64,000 nt of DNA from Parasitella parasitica NRRL 2501. Its lineage: Eukaryota; Fungi; Mucoromycota. The notes below the pieces were generated by a model. The model was given only the letters and a program-made list of their open reading frames with translations. It had not been told where the DNA came from and searched no databases. Positions 1 to 14,431 of this stretch are shown here, piece after piece. Both the position numbers and the translations under genes were made by a program. How positions within the stretch are numbered: the first letter of the stretch is position 1; every line of letters starts with the position of its first letter. The DNA lies in contig MU619240.1 in the NCBI GenBank assembly GCA_025201805.1, positions 301,690 to 365,689 on the forward strand, read 5' to 3'.

Positions 1-477
1 GGGACTATTGAAGGAGTCGGGAACGAGGACCTATGCTGGCCTAAATGTATTGGTTCCATCCGACTTTCTTTGTATGCTTACAACTACGTAACAGTGTCAT
101 ACTCGGCACACATGTTTATTTGAAAAAAAAAAAAATACACCATCTACAAATTGATTACAAGCATTATGGAATAAACTGATGATGATAGGCTCGACAGATT
201 ATATGTACATATATCAAGGAGAGCGATATTAATATAATGAGGCAATTTACGCGAATGATAACGAAGCCATACGCCCAAACTACCCTTAGTGTATAGAGAC
301 GCACATATATGCCATTTACTAGTAGCAATTGTGGTGTAGAATGTAGCAGGAGTACCGTTCAACGTATAAATTATAAATAAAACATTAATTGGATTCATGA
401 GAGCGCTCTGTACACCATCATATATTTACAATGCGGCCAAGATTTACTGTAGTGTAATGCAGCAAAACCCTTTTTTA

Positions 478-1779
478 TTAATCTTTCTTTGGCTTTAATT
501 GATTCAAACCAAACTTTTTGTTGAATATCATATCTTTGAGAAAGAATGGAAGATAATAAAATAAGAGAAACACCCAAGAATTAGCACCATATGTAATATA
601 TCTAGGAGATATGGGCTGGAGTACCTTCTTGACAACATGCGTGGCGAAAACCTCATTGGGGGTATTTCCAGTACCTGAAAGTTAATTTTGTTTGAGGCTA
701 TTTGCAAGATAGGGATAAAGTAGTATATACCTTGAGACATGTTGGCGCGAGCAATAACAAACTTGGCTACAGAGGTGTAAAGAGAATCTACAAAACAGAA
801 CAGCACAGCACAGCACACATGCCCATAAATAACAACATCAAGGAGAATGAGTTATCGATTATCCTCTATACCTTCAGGGATGTCGACTGTTTTGGCGCCA
901 GCACTGCCAAAGTTTGATTTGATAGAACCCGGCGCAACAACAACAACTTGAATACCAAATGGCTTCAATTCAAGGCGCAAGGTGTCTGACATGGAATGAA
1001 GCGCAGCCTTTGAAAGAGAGTATATGCCAGCCCAAGGGGTGGCAGCATAACCCACAACAGATCCGACATTCACAATTTTACCTGAACCTCTCTTAGCCAT
1101 ATGAAGTGCAACAGCTTTTGACATTGCAAGTGTACCAAATACGTTAGTGTTTACACATTGGTGCGCTACTTGCAAATCAATGTCCATTAATGCGCCTACA
1201 GCACTATATGATACGCCAGCCGTTAAACAAGCATTACACAACCACAGGCAATGAAAACTTACGGTGCACCTGCATTATTGATCAGCACATCTATATTAGA
1301 TAATTATTAAGACGCTTTTGAGTAACGGTGGGGATTGCGTCCTAACTTACCAATATGACCAACTCTATCGATAACTTTCTAATGAGAGATGTAACATGGA
1401 TGAGTCATCTTTTATTCATATGCTGATGTGGTTGCTGACTGTACCCGAACAACTGTGTCGATTGAATTCTGATCATTGATGTCGAGAGCTTCCTTTTCAC
1501 AGCCAAATTCTGCGGTTTATTATTATTAATGCACAGCACTCGGTTCTTGAAATCCCAAATTCACCTTCTAACCCTTCCAATGCGTTGATGTTGCGAGTTG
1601 TTGCAATGACATGACTTCCTTCTTGTGCAAACTTTTGAGAAAGAGCATAGCCTGGTTTAAAAGGAAAAGATATATGGATACGGCCTATTTTTAGAATTAC
1701 GTGTATTATTATATCATCGCTACATACCTATGCCGCCTTTGGAGCAACCAGTGATAAGGACGACTTGTCGCTGTGTCAT
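478..1779 (-). CDS. Short-chain dehydrogenase/reductase, AYR1-like (1-acyl-DHAP reductase family), multi-exon
   Basis: Exon 1 reads MTQRQVVLITGCSKGGIG (Rossmann TGxxxGxG). Later exons give catalytic YSLSK (YxxxK) and LRLELKPFGIQVVVVAPGSIKSNF. GT-AG introns; stop TAA at 478-480. Confidence 0.88.
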
Positions 1780-2060
1780 TGATAGAGAGCGAAATGTGAA
1801 TAAAGGGAAAAAGCGTTTTGGTGTTGGGTCTCGAGAAAAAAGGCATCATCATAAACAAAAACAAATGCCGCCTTCTTGGTCATACAAAGCAGAGGTTACA
1901 TGGAAAGGAAAAAAAAAAAAAGGTATTTATTATTGATAGTATTATTATGGGATGCTAATATTAAATATGGAGATATATATTGTACAGAGCGTGAAGGGAA
2001 GAGCAGGATATACAGCGGGGAGAAGAAAATCAAAAAATGAGGAAGAGAAAGAGCATGTAT

Positions 2061-2318
2061 CTAGCACAAAATGCCGCTGTTTGCAGTTGTTGTGGGTTTG
2101 GCTTTATGGCGATGATCTTGTTGTTGGCCACAGGTACCACTACTATCGATATCCTCTTCTAGTGCTGGAAACGAAAAGTACATTTTTTCGAATGGGCTGT
2201 TGCCTTGGTCCTTGTTGTCGACTTGCTCTTGCTGTTGCTTTGAAGGTAAAACAAGCAGTAAAAGTTGCTTGACAAATGTAGGCATGTTTGATTGTTCGTC
2301 TTGAATTTGCTCGGTCAT
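2061..2318 (-). CDS. Small hypothetical protein (85 aa)
   Basis: ATG-initiated ORF with protein-like composition (Q-rich, FEKMYFSFPALEE core), preceded by a pyrimidine-rich leader. No family recognised. Confidence 0.45.
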   Translation of the reverse strand: MTEQIQDEQSNMPTFVKQLLLLVLPSKQQQEQVDNKDQGNSPFEKMYFSFPALEEDIDSSGTCGQQQDHRHKAKPTTTANSGILC

Positions 2319-4022
2319 GAAGTTGTACGGTTAAATGAATGAATTATGTGGAGAAGCTGATTTGCACCCGAACGCGCTGGATGAGTTGGTATATTGAAGA
2401 GGCAAAAGAGTGAAATTGAAATAATTTGAAAAAGAAGAAAGAAGAGAGTCGAAAAGAGAACTTTTTATATACACAAAGAACATGTTTCCTGTCGTAGCAT
2501 TTCATTGGGATACAAATATATTTATACAGAGAAAGACATGGCATACACAAAGTTTGAAAGGGACATGTGCTTTGAAGTGTCTGATTGAAAGACCTTTTTT
2601 TCCCCTTACCTAGTACCCGATCCTTCAGACCCAAGGAGAGCAAATAAAGTGGTGGTGTAGGGATATGTATTTGCACAAAAAGAAAGGAAAGATTGGCCCA
2701 GAACTTGTTTCCTTTTATGTCTTTTTTTCTTAAAGGGAAGCAACCGAATTGCATGCACCACATTACAAAAGTGCTGAATCTGAGGTTACATTTTTCAATG
2801 GACTGCAACATTCTTATATGTTGTATGCCTGGAAAGAGGTTCTTTCAACAAGATTCCTGAGATACACACTGCACACGGTTAAACTTGGGCTTAAATGTAT
2901 GTGTGCCATTTTCACAGATGATGAACTAAAAAATGACAGAAAAAACGCAGGTATTTATTGTTACACTCGCTCGTTACACATTTTTCTTGGACAACGTCGG
3001 ATTGAAGAGCAAGAACAATGATTGTGTATGTGTATTTGAGCGTGTGTTTGTATATGATGTGAGTGTGCTAAACAACAACAATGCAGGATCGGGTTGAATT
3101 ATTTGTTGTTCAAAGGCATTCGTTTTTGGCTGATTATTCACTAATAATGAAAAAATGCATGAGTTGGAAAATAAAGAAAAAAAACAAACAATATGTGTGG
3201 TTTTTTGCTTTTTTTTTCTCATTGCACTATACTTTTCAAACACTAAGAACATTTTTGTGCGACAGCTGGCATCTATTGAAGAATTCAAAAGTACAAGCAG
3301 AATGAGCCAACATCTTTAGGGAGAGTGATGGCTTCATTCCATTGAATTATGTCTAGTTTTATTGTTGAGGCACTATTAGAATGGCGAGGATAATGAAAAA
3401 AAAAAAAAAAATCTCGCCAAAATAATTTGAGGGTACCTTTTTCGCTACATGTTTGTGAGTTTATGACATTTAAGTGGAATTCTCTTTTAATAGAGCAGAA
3501 AACAAATTTTGCCTATGAAATAAAAGAGCTATGAATCTCGATATAATGAATTAGCCCCACATGTACGCTTGTACGATACACTAAATCATACACAGCCGGT
3601 GAGAATTTCTTTTGTACATAAGCCTGCCTGAATATATGTAATCAGTAGATGTGTCTCATCTAAAATGATCTGAAATGATACGTGTCTCAATTAAAGTATC
3701 TGTGCATCGGATTTATATGTACAAGTTTATCATAAATATTTACAGGGTTTTATCACCATACCAAGTTTTGGTGGGTAAATTTTTATCGTAGTCTTTTGAT
3801 TATATTATGCAGAATTTGTAAAAAAAAGATTATTCGCTAACCGCTGAGAAATCATTGAATGGCGCAATTTTGGCTCAAAGGTTGGTATTTTCCAATGAAT
3901 ATGTTGCAATATCCTACTTATCACGCAATAAGTGTCTTGTACTCATCATAGAATGGCAATTTATAAAGAGTTGTTTAATGAGTTTGTTTGCTTTCTTGGT
4001 TTAACTAATAAAAAACACAGTA

Positions 4023-5162
4023 ATGTCTGCCGCCACTGCAATCCATTCTATCCCTGCTTCTTCCGCTGAAAAAAAATCCAGCAACTGGCGTGGCTTCTCT
4101 CTTGACGGCCAAAATCACACTGCCCAAGCCGAGTACCCTGAGCGCATTTCAGGCCCCTCTGTTTGGGATGGCAAGCAGCTCGAATCTCAACCTGAAAAAT
4201 GGATATACTACTTTACGCCCGCAGATGTCGCAGATATCGACCAAGCAATCAAGCACTTTGCGTCTCTTGATCTTGCTCTCGGCGAAATCAAGCCTGAAAA
4301 CTTCCCCCTCAAGCACTTTCACAAAGTTATCCTCAAGCAGCGTCAAGATCTCTTCCATGGCTTGGGCTTTGGCTTGTTTCGTGGTTTCCCCATCAACGAC
4401 TATGAGCGTAAAGAACAGGCAATTTTTTTTATGGGAATTGGCTCATACATTGGCTCTCGTAAACCACAGAATGGTAAAGGCCACGTTTTGGGACATGTCA
4501 AAGACTTGACTGAGGGCTCTACTACCAAGGCTGTCTACAAGGAGGATGATCCTACTACTCGCATTTACGCTACTCGCAAGGCTCAGCCTTTCCATGTCGA
4601 TGGCACAGATATTGTTGCTCTCTTGTGCTTGAATGAAGGTAATGATGGCGGTTTAAGCTCAATTATCTCGTCCCATACTGTGTACAATCGCTTGAAGGAA
4701 CTGCGTCCTGATATTGTTGAGCTAATGAAGCAGCCTTGGTTATGGGATCGCAAAGGCGAGCACGGCCCTCAAGAGCCTGCCTATTTGGCTGCTTCTCCTT
4801 TGACTTATTTTCAGGAACGTTTATTCACATTCTGGGGCCCTCACTTTTTTGAAACTGTCAATAGATTCCCGGGGGTTACTGTAGAGGAGGAAAAGTTTGA
4901 AGCAATGCGCTATATCCAAGACTTGTGTGAGCGTGAAGCCTTAAATATGAAATTGCAAGTCGGCGATGTGCAATTTGTTGCGAATCATTCTATATTACAT
5001 GCTCGCACTGCGTATACAGACAGACCCAGCCAAACCCGCCATCTTTTGCGCCTCTGGTTTATGGTTAATCAAAAAGATGTGAATGTAGCTATGCCATTCG
5101 TAAAGGCCGATTATAACTATGAATATGCTGGTGAGCAAGTTGTTCCATTGGAGGCGGAATAG
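4023..5162 (+). CDS. TauD/TfdA (clavaminate synthase-like) Fe(II)/2-oxoglutarate dioxygenase
   Basis: Intronless 379-aa ORF with HxD (QPFHVDGTDIVALLCL), distal His (NHSILHARTAY) and RHLLRLW. Confidence 0.9.
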   Translation: MSAATAIHSIPASSAEKKSSNWRGFSLDGQNHTAQAEYPERISGPSVWDGKQLESQPEKWIYYFTPADVADIDQAIKHFASLDLALGEIKPENFPLKHFHKVILKQRQDLFHGLGFGLFRGFPINDYERKEQAIFFMGIGSYIGSRKPQNGKGHVLGHVKDLTEGSTTKAVYKEDDPTTRIYATRKAQPFHVDGTDIVALLCLNEGNDGGLSSIISSHTVYNRLKELRPDIVELMKQPWLWDRKGEHGPQEPAYLAASPLTYFQERLFTFWGPHFFETVNRFPGVTVEEEKFEAMRYIQDLCEREALNMKLQVGDVQFVANHSILHARTAYTDRPSQTRHLLRLWFMVNQKDVNVAMPFVKADYNYEYAGEQVVPLEAE

Positions 5163-5836
5163 GCGTATAGCCCTAGCCCTGTCATGCTTGGATTATTGAC
5201 TAACTGCATATTCTCATATAACACTAATATCTTATATCTATTGGAACAAAAGAAATAAAAACAACCACTTTGCTCATGTAACTGTATGTTTTTTTCAAAA
5301 TCCATACCGTCAATTGCAGCGTTTGCCGAATAAGCCAGCATTCCATCAAGCGCATCCCATAGTTCCGACTTGTATCGGTAGCAATTTATCTAATTCTAAC
5401 TATTAGTTTGTTTTTGGCCTTTGTGCAAGTGTATACATCTTGATTCCGGCAGCTTTTTACAATCTTTTTCGCAGCTACAAACAGTGAACACCCACTGGCA
5501 ATAAAAGACGAGGTATGATAGCAAATTGCACCAAGTCGGATGGCAATGGAGAACTAATATATATATATATATATATACGCGAATTACAGTCAAGTCTTGG
5601 TGAAAAGACATTTGAATAGTAGATACTTTTGGGCTCGACCTGGTCAAGGGTTTTCGTAGCTGCTTGGGATTCAGGATTAGTGATTCCACTTCTTTCCTCC
5701 TTAAAGACGAGTCTCAATCATTTGGTGACGCCCATTTACTCTTTCCAAACGGTCACTGGGAATTGTCAACCTCGGGAAAGCCACTTTCACTTGAAAAAAA
5801 CTTTCGCTATACATCTTTGGTTGCAGTAAACACAAT

Positions 5837-7342
5837 ATGGCAGCAAAGATTAGACAAAAAAAGTTGGACGCAATTGCAGCAGCAGCTATGCCTGTTGGCC
5901 AAAAGATAGTTGCTCAATTCAAGACTGCCGAAGGAGAGACTACTGGCCCTCCACTCAATTTGCCCGGAGATGCCACACCTGAACAGCTTGAATTACTGTT
6001 GAATCAGCTTTTAAACCAAGTAAGTTGATGGAATCAGGATATTAAGCATCCACTGTAACAACTCAACTAGGGCGAGGACCCTCTTCCCTACTCATTCCAT
6101 GTCAACGAGGAAGAAATTATTAAAAATCTTTGGGTTGATCGCAAAGACAAATCAACCGAAGACACACTGGTAATCGTTTATCAGCCTCAAGCTATTTTCA
6201 GAGTGCGAGCAGTATCTCGCTGTACATCGACACTCTCTGGTCATACTGAAGCCATTCTATCTTGCTCATTCAGTCCTGATGGCACTCAATTAGCCACGGG
6301 ATCCGGCGATTGCACCGTTCGTATATGGGATTTGAATACAGAAACACCTCAAAACACACTCAAAGGACATGCTGGGTGGGTTTTATCGATAGCATGGTCT
6401 CCTGATGGCACCACTTTAGCCTCAGGCAGTATGGATAACACAGTTCGCCTATGGAACCCGAAGACTGGTAAACAAATTGGCGATGGTCTCAAAGGTCATC
6501 GCAAATGGATTACTAGTTTGGCTTGGGAGCCTTACCATTTGAACTCACAGGCCAATCGCTTAGCCAGTTCGTCTAAAGATCACACTGTTCGAGTATGGAA
6601 TACCTCGTCACGAAGAATGCTTTTCAACATTGCTCAACATACTGCTGCTGTTACCTGCGTCAAGTGGGGCGGCGAAGGTTTGATATACACAGCCTCGCAA
6701 GATAAAACTATCAAGGTGTGGAATTCATCCGGCATGCTTGTGAAAACGTTAGAAGGTCATGGTCATTGGGTCAATACACTAGCGCTCAGTACAGACTTTG
6801 TACTTCGTACTGGACCTTTTGATCACATGGGAAAGAGGCCTAAAGGAGAACAAGAGGCCCAGACTGCCGCTATTGCAAGATACGACGCATTTAAGAAATC
6901 AAGTTCGGAGAGGCTTGTTTCTGGTTCTGATGATTTTACCATGTTCTTTTGGGAGCCTGAAAAGAGCAAGAATCCTATTACCCGTATGACAGGCCATCAG
7001 AAGCTTGTCAATCATGTCGCCTTTTCACCTGATGGCAGATTGATTGCAAGTGCATCTTTCGATAACTCAGTCAAGCTTTGGGATGGCGCTACTGGTAAAT
7101 TTATAGGCAATCTGAGAGGACACGTTGGTGCTGTATATCAAGTTAGCTGGTCCAGTGATTCTCGTTTGTTGATCAGTTCAAGTAAGGATACTACATTGAA
7201 AATCTGGGATATCAAAAAAATGAAGATCAAGATGGACTTGCCCGGTCATTTGGACGAAGTGTTTGCCGTCGATTGGTCTCCTGGAGGAGATAAAGTCGCA
7301 AGTGGCGGCAAAGACAAGCAGCTCAAGATTTGGAGACATTAG
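5837..7342 (+). CDS. RSA4: Ribosome assembly protein Rsa4/Notchless (NLE domain + WD40 repeats)
   Basis: Exon 1 5837-6019, intron 6020-6070, exon 2 6071-7342. NLE segment (QLELLLNQLL...PLPYSF), YQPQAIFRVRAVSRCTSTLSGHTEAIL, multiple GH...WD repeats. Confidence 0.95.
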
Positions 7343-7449
7343 ATTATATTATATATATTTTTGTACATTTTCAGTAATTATAAGTAAAGGAAAAAAAAAA
7401 CAAAATAGCAATTAAAGAACTAGGCTTTTTTTCTATATCGTTTTATGTT

Positions 7450-8758
7450 TTAGTTGGTATCTACATTATCCTGTTTGGGCTGCTCTTCGTTTATTTCTTG
7501 CTTAGATTTTTTGTTACTCTCGCCTTGTAGAGCTTCCGCTTCTCGTTTTTTATCAGATTTTCCTTGATCATCCTTTGCTTCATCCTTTGCTTTCTCAGAG
7601 CCCTTGACATTGTCTTTGGGGAGCTTGGGTCTAATATATGGTTGACATCTCCAATAGGCATACTTGCGAATGCCATTCTCATCCGCCTGGCCTTGAACAT
7701 CCTCACCTTCTCCTTGTGCCTCGATGTCTTTCCCCACCAAAGTTTCCAACTCATCCAAAACTTCCACGTACTCGTCTAATGACCCGTCTTTGCCAAGGCG
7801 AGCTTTACCAAGGCGAGCTCTCATTTCCGTGTGATGAGGTAATACTGAATGCAATATCTTGAACAAATGACCCTTGATAGAACTCCCGTTGGTTTTCTCG
7901 ACTTTGCAAATTTCTAAATATTCACGAGCCATTTCAATTGCCAAGGGAGGGAACTTGTGATGCTTTGAGAAGATGGCTGGATTGTAAAGACTTCCCTCTG
8001 CGGCCATAACAGCATCGACACCAGTGTAGTCCAGACATCTTTGTATGTCGTCGTGGTATAGTATATTCCCATTTGCAACAACAGGGATGGTCAATACTTC
8101 CTTGACGGCCTTGATCTTTTCCCAATCCGCAATACCTGTATTATGGCCCTTTTGCTCTCTTAATCTACCATGAACAGTCAGCATCTGAGCACCTGCGTTC
8201 TGGATCATCTGGGCATATTCAATTGTCTTTTCTACAGTAGGGAAACAACGAATCTTGACAGTAACAGGGACAGCCAGCTCTTTGTGCAAAAGGCTGACCA
8301 TTTTAGCGATCAGCTCCCACTCGTCTTGCAAAAAAGAGCCGTAATGGCCTCTCTTGGCAATGTGCTGAGGACAGCCAAGGTTGAGATCAACGGCATCACA
8401 GTCGTTTTCCACTAGCTTGGCAGCGCTCAAAAGAATTTCGGGATCATTGGCGCAAAACTAAACGCAGGTTCGACAAGGATTAGTATTGCGCAGCGAAATG
8501 TGTCGGATCAAATCAGTTTACCTGGACAATAAGAGGCCTGTCTTCTTTGTTTGTGGTGAATTGCTCGTCTCTGTACTTTTTACCTTCACTAAACAGCCTG
8601 GCATGGAACATGGGAGTGACACACACATCAGCGCCATATCTTCTGCTAAGGATTCTCCAAGCAAGTTCAGATTGATCAACCATAGGGGCTAAAATTGTCT
8701 TGGGAGCCTTCAACGTTTGGTTGAAAAACTCATAGCCTTCCAGTTTCACAGGTGCCAT
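7450..8758 (-). CDS. DUS1: tRNA-dihydrouridine synthase Dus1
   Basis: [20 protein letters not shown]|FCAND (intron 8521-8458), [32 protein letters not shown] motifs. Confidence 0.93.
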
Positions 8759-9142
8759 TGAATATAACAAAGAGATGAAGCTGAAAATTTTTTTTTCACT
8801 GAATTCCATCAAAACATCGATGTGGGTGTTGTGGTGAATACGGTCACGACTAATCGGAAAAGTCAACTCCAATCAGTTCAGGATGTCCTAGATCAAATCC
8901 AGGAACTTGGGCATTATTTAGCTTATTTAGCAACAAAAACTCATTTCATTAATGTCTTTTGCAAGTCATTTATCATACAAATTCTGAGTCCCAGATAACT
9001 TTTGACAGCTTGAGGATTTGCATTACCATGGTTACATTCTGCTATAATACGCCAATGAAAATTTTTAGTCATATAAAAACACAAGATCTCAAAATAAGGG
9101 ATATAAGAGCTTGGTAAGCAGGTTTTTTTTTTTTTTTTTTTT

Positions 9143-9232
9143 NNNNNNNNNNNNNNNNNNNNNNNNNNNNNNNNNNNNNNNNNNNNNNNNNNNNNNNNNN
9201 NNNNNNNNNNNNNNNNNNNNNNNNNNNNNNNN
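9143..9232. other. Assembly gap (N run) between poly-T and poly-A
   Basis: Run of Ns. Confidence 0.99.
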
Positions 9233-12200
9233 AAAAAAAAAAAAAAAAATAGATATGGCGAATCACCATCTTCTGTCTGTAAAGTTTGAGGGCCAAGAAC
9301 TATCTTGTTATAAAATGTTTTACGCTCTTTGGATGTTGCATAAAAGTTGAATATCATGGGGTTTGAATACCACAAAATCACAACTTGCGCAACTCAATAT
9401 CTTGGCTACTACTTTTTGTCCCCTACTGTTGATTTCTTTACCGCCTAGTCGTGAAGAGCCAAGAGATCTCATGGTCGTCAAGCTAACACTGACTTATCAC
9501 AAGTGTTTTCAAAAATGCACCAGACGGCGGGCTCTGTTTTCTGTATACAAACGACAGCATTCGGGTACTATTTTGGTGTTTCAAAAGCAATGTATAATAG
9601 ATTCATGGGTGTTTGATGCAATACATTTTTGCTCCAAGTCAAAATGTCATTTTAAAGAGAAGACAAGTTTCTGTTTGATGAATCATTGCGGCAGCAAAAC
9701 ATCATATGTACATGAACGTTTCAAACACTGTGTCATGAGACATTAGGTTTGTGCATGCTATACTCCGGCTACAAATTGGTGCCATATTTCTTCTGAATTT
9801 TAATGCTAGTAATACAGTGATGGGCTCAACTACAAAACAAGTATCGCTATAAACTGATCGAGAACGTTTTATCATCTGCTATATATTCAAATCTTGTTGT
9901 ATGTATTTGCTGTTGGCCAGTTAGTATGGTCACACGTTTTTCATTGTCGCCATCATTTGCTAATGTGCTGCTACTTGCTTCTGCTGCTTACTGTTTACGG
10001 CTTGCGGCGTATACTTGGACTTTAATCTAATCTACTTCTCACAGTTTTACACATGTGTATATATATATATATATAAATATATAAATATATACTTCTTGTA
10101 CATATACTCCTGTAAAGTGCATTATTTTAGTCAGGTTTAATAAACGCGAATGTCTAAAGAAGTCGTTTCTATTTTTATGAGCGTAGTGTTTTATGAAAAG
10201 AGTAGGTTTTTGCCATATCAAGTAAACAAGTGTCAATATAAAATTAAAATTGTACGTTTTACCCTGTGAAGGCCAGATCAAGGAGTGTTTATTTAGTTTA
10301 TTTTCAACCTGCTTTGGCTTTAATTATAGAGAGCAAATGATGTAAAACAGACAGCGTACAGCTACATAGCACTTGCGGATGATATACAATAATAGATGAT
10401 GATGACGATGATTACATATCTATTGCCATGTTCCTGATGTTAAGGTCTTGGTGAAATGTTGCATCAAGTTCTCGGTTTAATAGAATGGTTTCATGCGCCT
10501 CCAAGTTTTTTCTAGCTCAACAAGCCTATCGAACGTATCATCATTAGTTTTGATAATCATGAGTTGTAGGTTAGCTCTTGCTGCTGCATATGTAGGCTAT
10601 GTCGTACCTAAATCCAAAAACACATGTTGACATTATGTGTAACCGAGCTTTTTGTTTGTTTGATCAACATGCTACATTTTTATTTAGCTGTGAGATAAAC
10701 GATGCAGATACGTAATATACTAAAGAGGGTCATTCTATAAAAATAAATCTTGTATTTTCTGTCTTTCTGTCGAGTGTTGTGTAATTTCTTTTCCTATTTT
10801 AATTAAATAGATGAAAGAAGGGAGAGAAAAGGTGTGTGTGAGAGAGCGTGTCATCGATTCAAGGGGAGGAGAAAAAAGAGATTAAAAAGCATACTATGTA
10901 GATGAGATTTGCAGGTCATTCAATGAACCATAATAATCATTATATTATTGTGATTCTGCCTCCTATAGAAATAAAACGAATCTATCAGCTTGTGGTACAC
11001 ATAATCAATTATAATGATGACCCCCTTCTTGCATCTACAAAAGGTAAAGTTAGCCAACTCCTAGCTTTATCAATATACGTCCAACTGTTGGGCGATCACT
11101 GTTATTTTGTTTATGTTTATCAACTTTATATATATATATATACATATACCATATACTACAAGAGGCGGATTTAACCTTTCAGAAAGGCGTTTCTAAAGCA
11201 TGTGAATCCGCCTTCTTTGTGTAGTAGGAGCGAATAGGCTTTGTATCTGAATGTAGGGCAGACATGAGACGGACTTGTTTATACGCACGTAGCTCTTTAT
11301 TATGTATTATAATAATGAATTGAAGTAGCTGCATGACGCAAAAGAGTGGAAAAACTATACATTTTATGTATATCGACACGGTTATCTTTCCACATGGAAA
11401 AAAGAAAATCTTTGTGAGCCAAGCTTCTGTACAAAGGGATATGTAATCAATAAGTTAGGACGGAACAAGGAGAATACATGTAACGACGTTATGAAAAACT
11501 ACAGGGTCTAAATTTTCTAATTCATCGTGTATCGCCAGTCTATACATGTCAATATACATTTATATAAAATATCTCCTCGGCAAGATGGATATATATACTA
11601 GAAATTTGACATTTATAGTTTAGTAGATGGTACGCCATTGTTTATTAAATATTTACAAAATACTAGTGCATAATTCATGTTGTTGCTGAAACGGCATTTG
11701 GTCTTGGCGATAATGTCGAATTTTGATTTGAAAACGTAAGGGTTGAATATGCTTAACACATGTAGCACCATAATCTATATATCATCATCATTTACATCAA
11801 TGAATGTATAGAAATAGACGAATAGAAAAAAAATTGAGAAAGGGGGCAAGGAGGATAAGGGGGATAGGAAGAGGAGATCGCATACGAAATAGTAGTGTTT
11901 GGGATTACACTACATAATCTCTACATGATTTTAAATTATATGCTATAATTACTAACTATTTGTGTGGCAAAAAAAAAACGAAAAAAGAAAATCTAATAAT
12001 AATAACAGCAGATCTTGAGAACATCTTCTTCGACAAGACGCTGTTATAACGAAACAAATGGTTTAGATATATACATATTTTCTTGATTTGTACCATTCGC
12101 ACGGTGAAAGGGGGTCTAATGGGATGAAAATGAATGACATTGCGAGGTATTTAGTAATAGACTTAGTGTTCTCTATGGCTAAAGACATTACGCCCTCGTG

Positions 12201-12462
12201 TAATTGTTCGCATTTTGCAACATATTCCGGATTCTTTTTGTCAAACAGCATTTACAATCTTCAAACAGACACACAGCTACACACTCCCCCCCCCCTACTT
12301 TTATTGATGTGCACCTTCCGGCCTAACCAAATCTTGCTCCCCTTGTTTTTCTTGTGTGTATGATCCCCCCATAAAGATGTGCAGCAAAAAGGACATTTTC
12401 TTTCTATTTTTCTTTTCCTCTCGTTCTTTTTGTCACAAATACACATATATAAATAAACATAC

Positions 12463-14180
12463 ATGTCTATAAAACCTTGGTATCAACGCAAGCCGGCTTT
12501 ATTTTCTTCTTCTTCTTCCTCTGCTACTTCTTCACCTTCACTCTTCTTTGGATTACTCAAATTAGCCATGAATGAATCGAGGTTAAAGACCAACTCATCC
12601 TTTGCAAGTGCGGTGACTATTCCCAACAGCCCGTCTGCAGACAGCAACAGAAAGAAGGCGTTGACGCCATCCATTTACACAGAAAAGTCTGCTACAATCG
12701 CTGGATCAGAAAACAAATTCAAAGCATTTGCCCTCTCTGTTAAAACCACATTATGGGCTCTTTTTGTAAAATATTGGTTTCTGCTTGGCTTGCTGGTCGC
12801 CATCATTCTGGCTATTTTCTTTCCAGATGTCGCCAGAAAAGGCGGCTATATCCGAGCCGAATGGACAATTAAATGGGGTATAGTAAATGTGCATTTCAAA
12901 ATAATGGACATGTACACTAACTATAGCACACAGGCGCCGTCGTCGTGATCTTTTTGATCTCTGGATTATCATTACGAACAAAAATATTAGCAGAGACTAT
13001 TTTGCGTGTGCGACTCCATTTATTAATTCAAATCATCAACCTGATCATCATCCCATTCACAGTATTTGGCCTTGTGTTGCTATTCTTCAAGTGCCACATG
13101 AATATCCACTCACTGTTACTAGTGGGTGTCGTTATTGCAGCAAGCACACCAACCACAGTATCGTCAAACGTCGTCATGACAAAAAATGCCAATGGCAACG
13201 AAGCATCAGGTATGTCGTATCCTAGCTTTCTTAATACATGTATAATGTACATCTAACACATTGCTTAGCACTCATGAACGCTGCCTTGGGCAATGTGCTT
13301 GGTATTTTTGTTTCCCCTGCTCTTGTGTCATTGTTTCAGCAGCCATTAATTGCTGCTACACCTGAAGATGAGAGTGTGGCACAGGCTGGCGGTCAAGTTG
13401 ATTTTGCTCAAGTGTTGAAGCAGTTGGGCGCAACTGTATTAGCCCCCCTCATATTGGGCCAGATTATTCAATGGTTCTTTACTGAGGGCGTAGCTAAGAT
13501 AAAGGTCAAATGCAGATTGTCTGATGTCAGTAGTTTCATGCTGTTGACCATGGTCTGGTCTGTCTTTTCTGATGCTGTGTATTCTGGCTCATTTTCAGCT
13601 GTCAAGCCCAAAGATATTGTCGCTGTAGCCGTCATGAATGCAGGATTTTACATTATCTTCTCGTTCCTTTGTCTTGTGCTCGCAAGATTACCTTTGCCTA
13701 GATTCATCCCAACACCTTCCATCGTAAAGAAACTGCGATACTCTCGTGAAGATACAGTTGCCATTATGGTAAGTTTAGCAAAAGCGGAAAAAACTTGTAA
13801 CGTATGTAAGCTAATCCATTTCGCAGTACTGTGGCGCTACAAAGACGGTTGCAATGGGTGTTCCCCTCATCAATGTACTCTACCAAAACGGCGACCCAGG
13901 AACAGTGGGTGTCTTGTCTACACCATTGTTATTATACCATGTTGAGCAGCTTATCCTCGGCAACATTGAAGTTGAGCTCCTCAAAAAGTGGGTCAAACGA
14001 GGAAAAGATAAGCGCGAGGCTCAAGAAGCAGCAACAGCAGCAGCAACACCATCTCCTGCTAGGGATGAAGAAGAGAATGTGCCGTACGACAGCGAAGTTA
14101 CGCAAGTAGCCTCTCAATTTGGCCCTACAAGACACACACCTTCACCACTATCTCAATTGCATTATAATCATGAAAAATAG
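12463..14180 (+). CDS. Bile acid:sodium symporter family protein (SLC10A7/Rch1-like), 4 exons
   Basis: KYWFLLGL, IFLISGLSL, PTTVSSNVVMTKNANGNEA|ALMNAALGNVLGIFVSP, CGATKTVAMGVPLINVLY. The start could alternatively be ATG 12568. Confidence 0.88.
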
Positions 14181-14431
14181 TCCTTTTCTAATAGAGTTTC
14201 TGCTACATTTCATTATTTTTTCTATACCTATTCCATCCTTTTAATTGTGTACAATCAAATTCCTTTTTTATTATAAAAAAAAAAGCTCATTTTTGCCAAT
14301 ATGATGTTCTCTGGACGATGACCCCCTGTTGGTTAGATATCCAATTAAATGTCAGTTTTCCACTGACACCAAGTGGAGGAAGTGGAGCTGTCTCTCTCTT
14401 TCTCTCTCTTGATAAATATACGTATAAAAAA

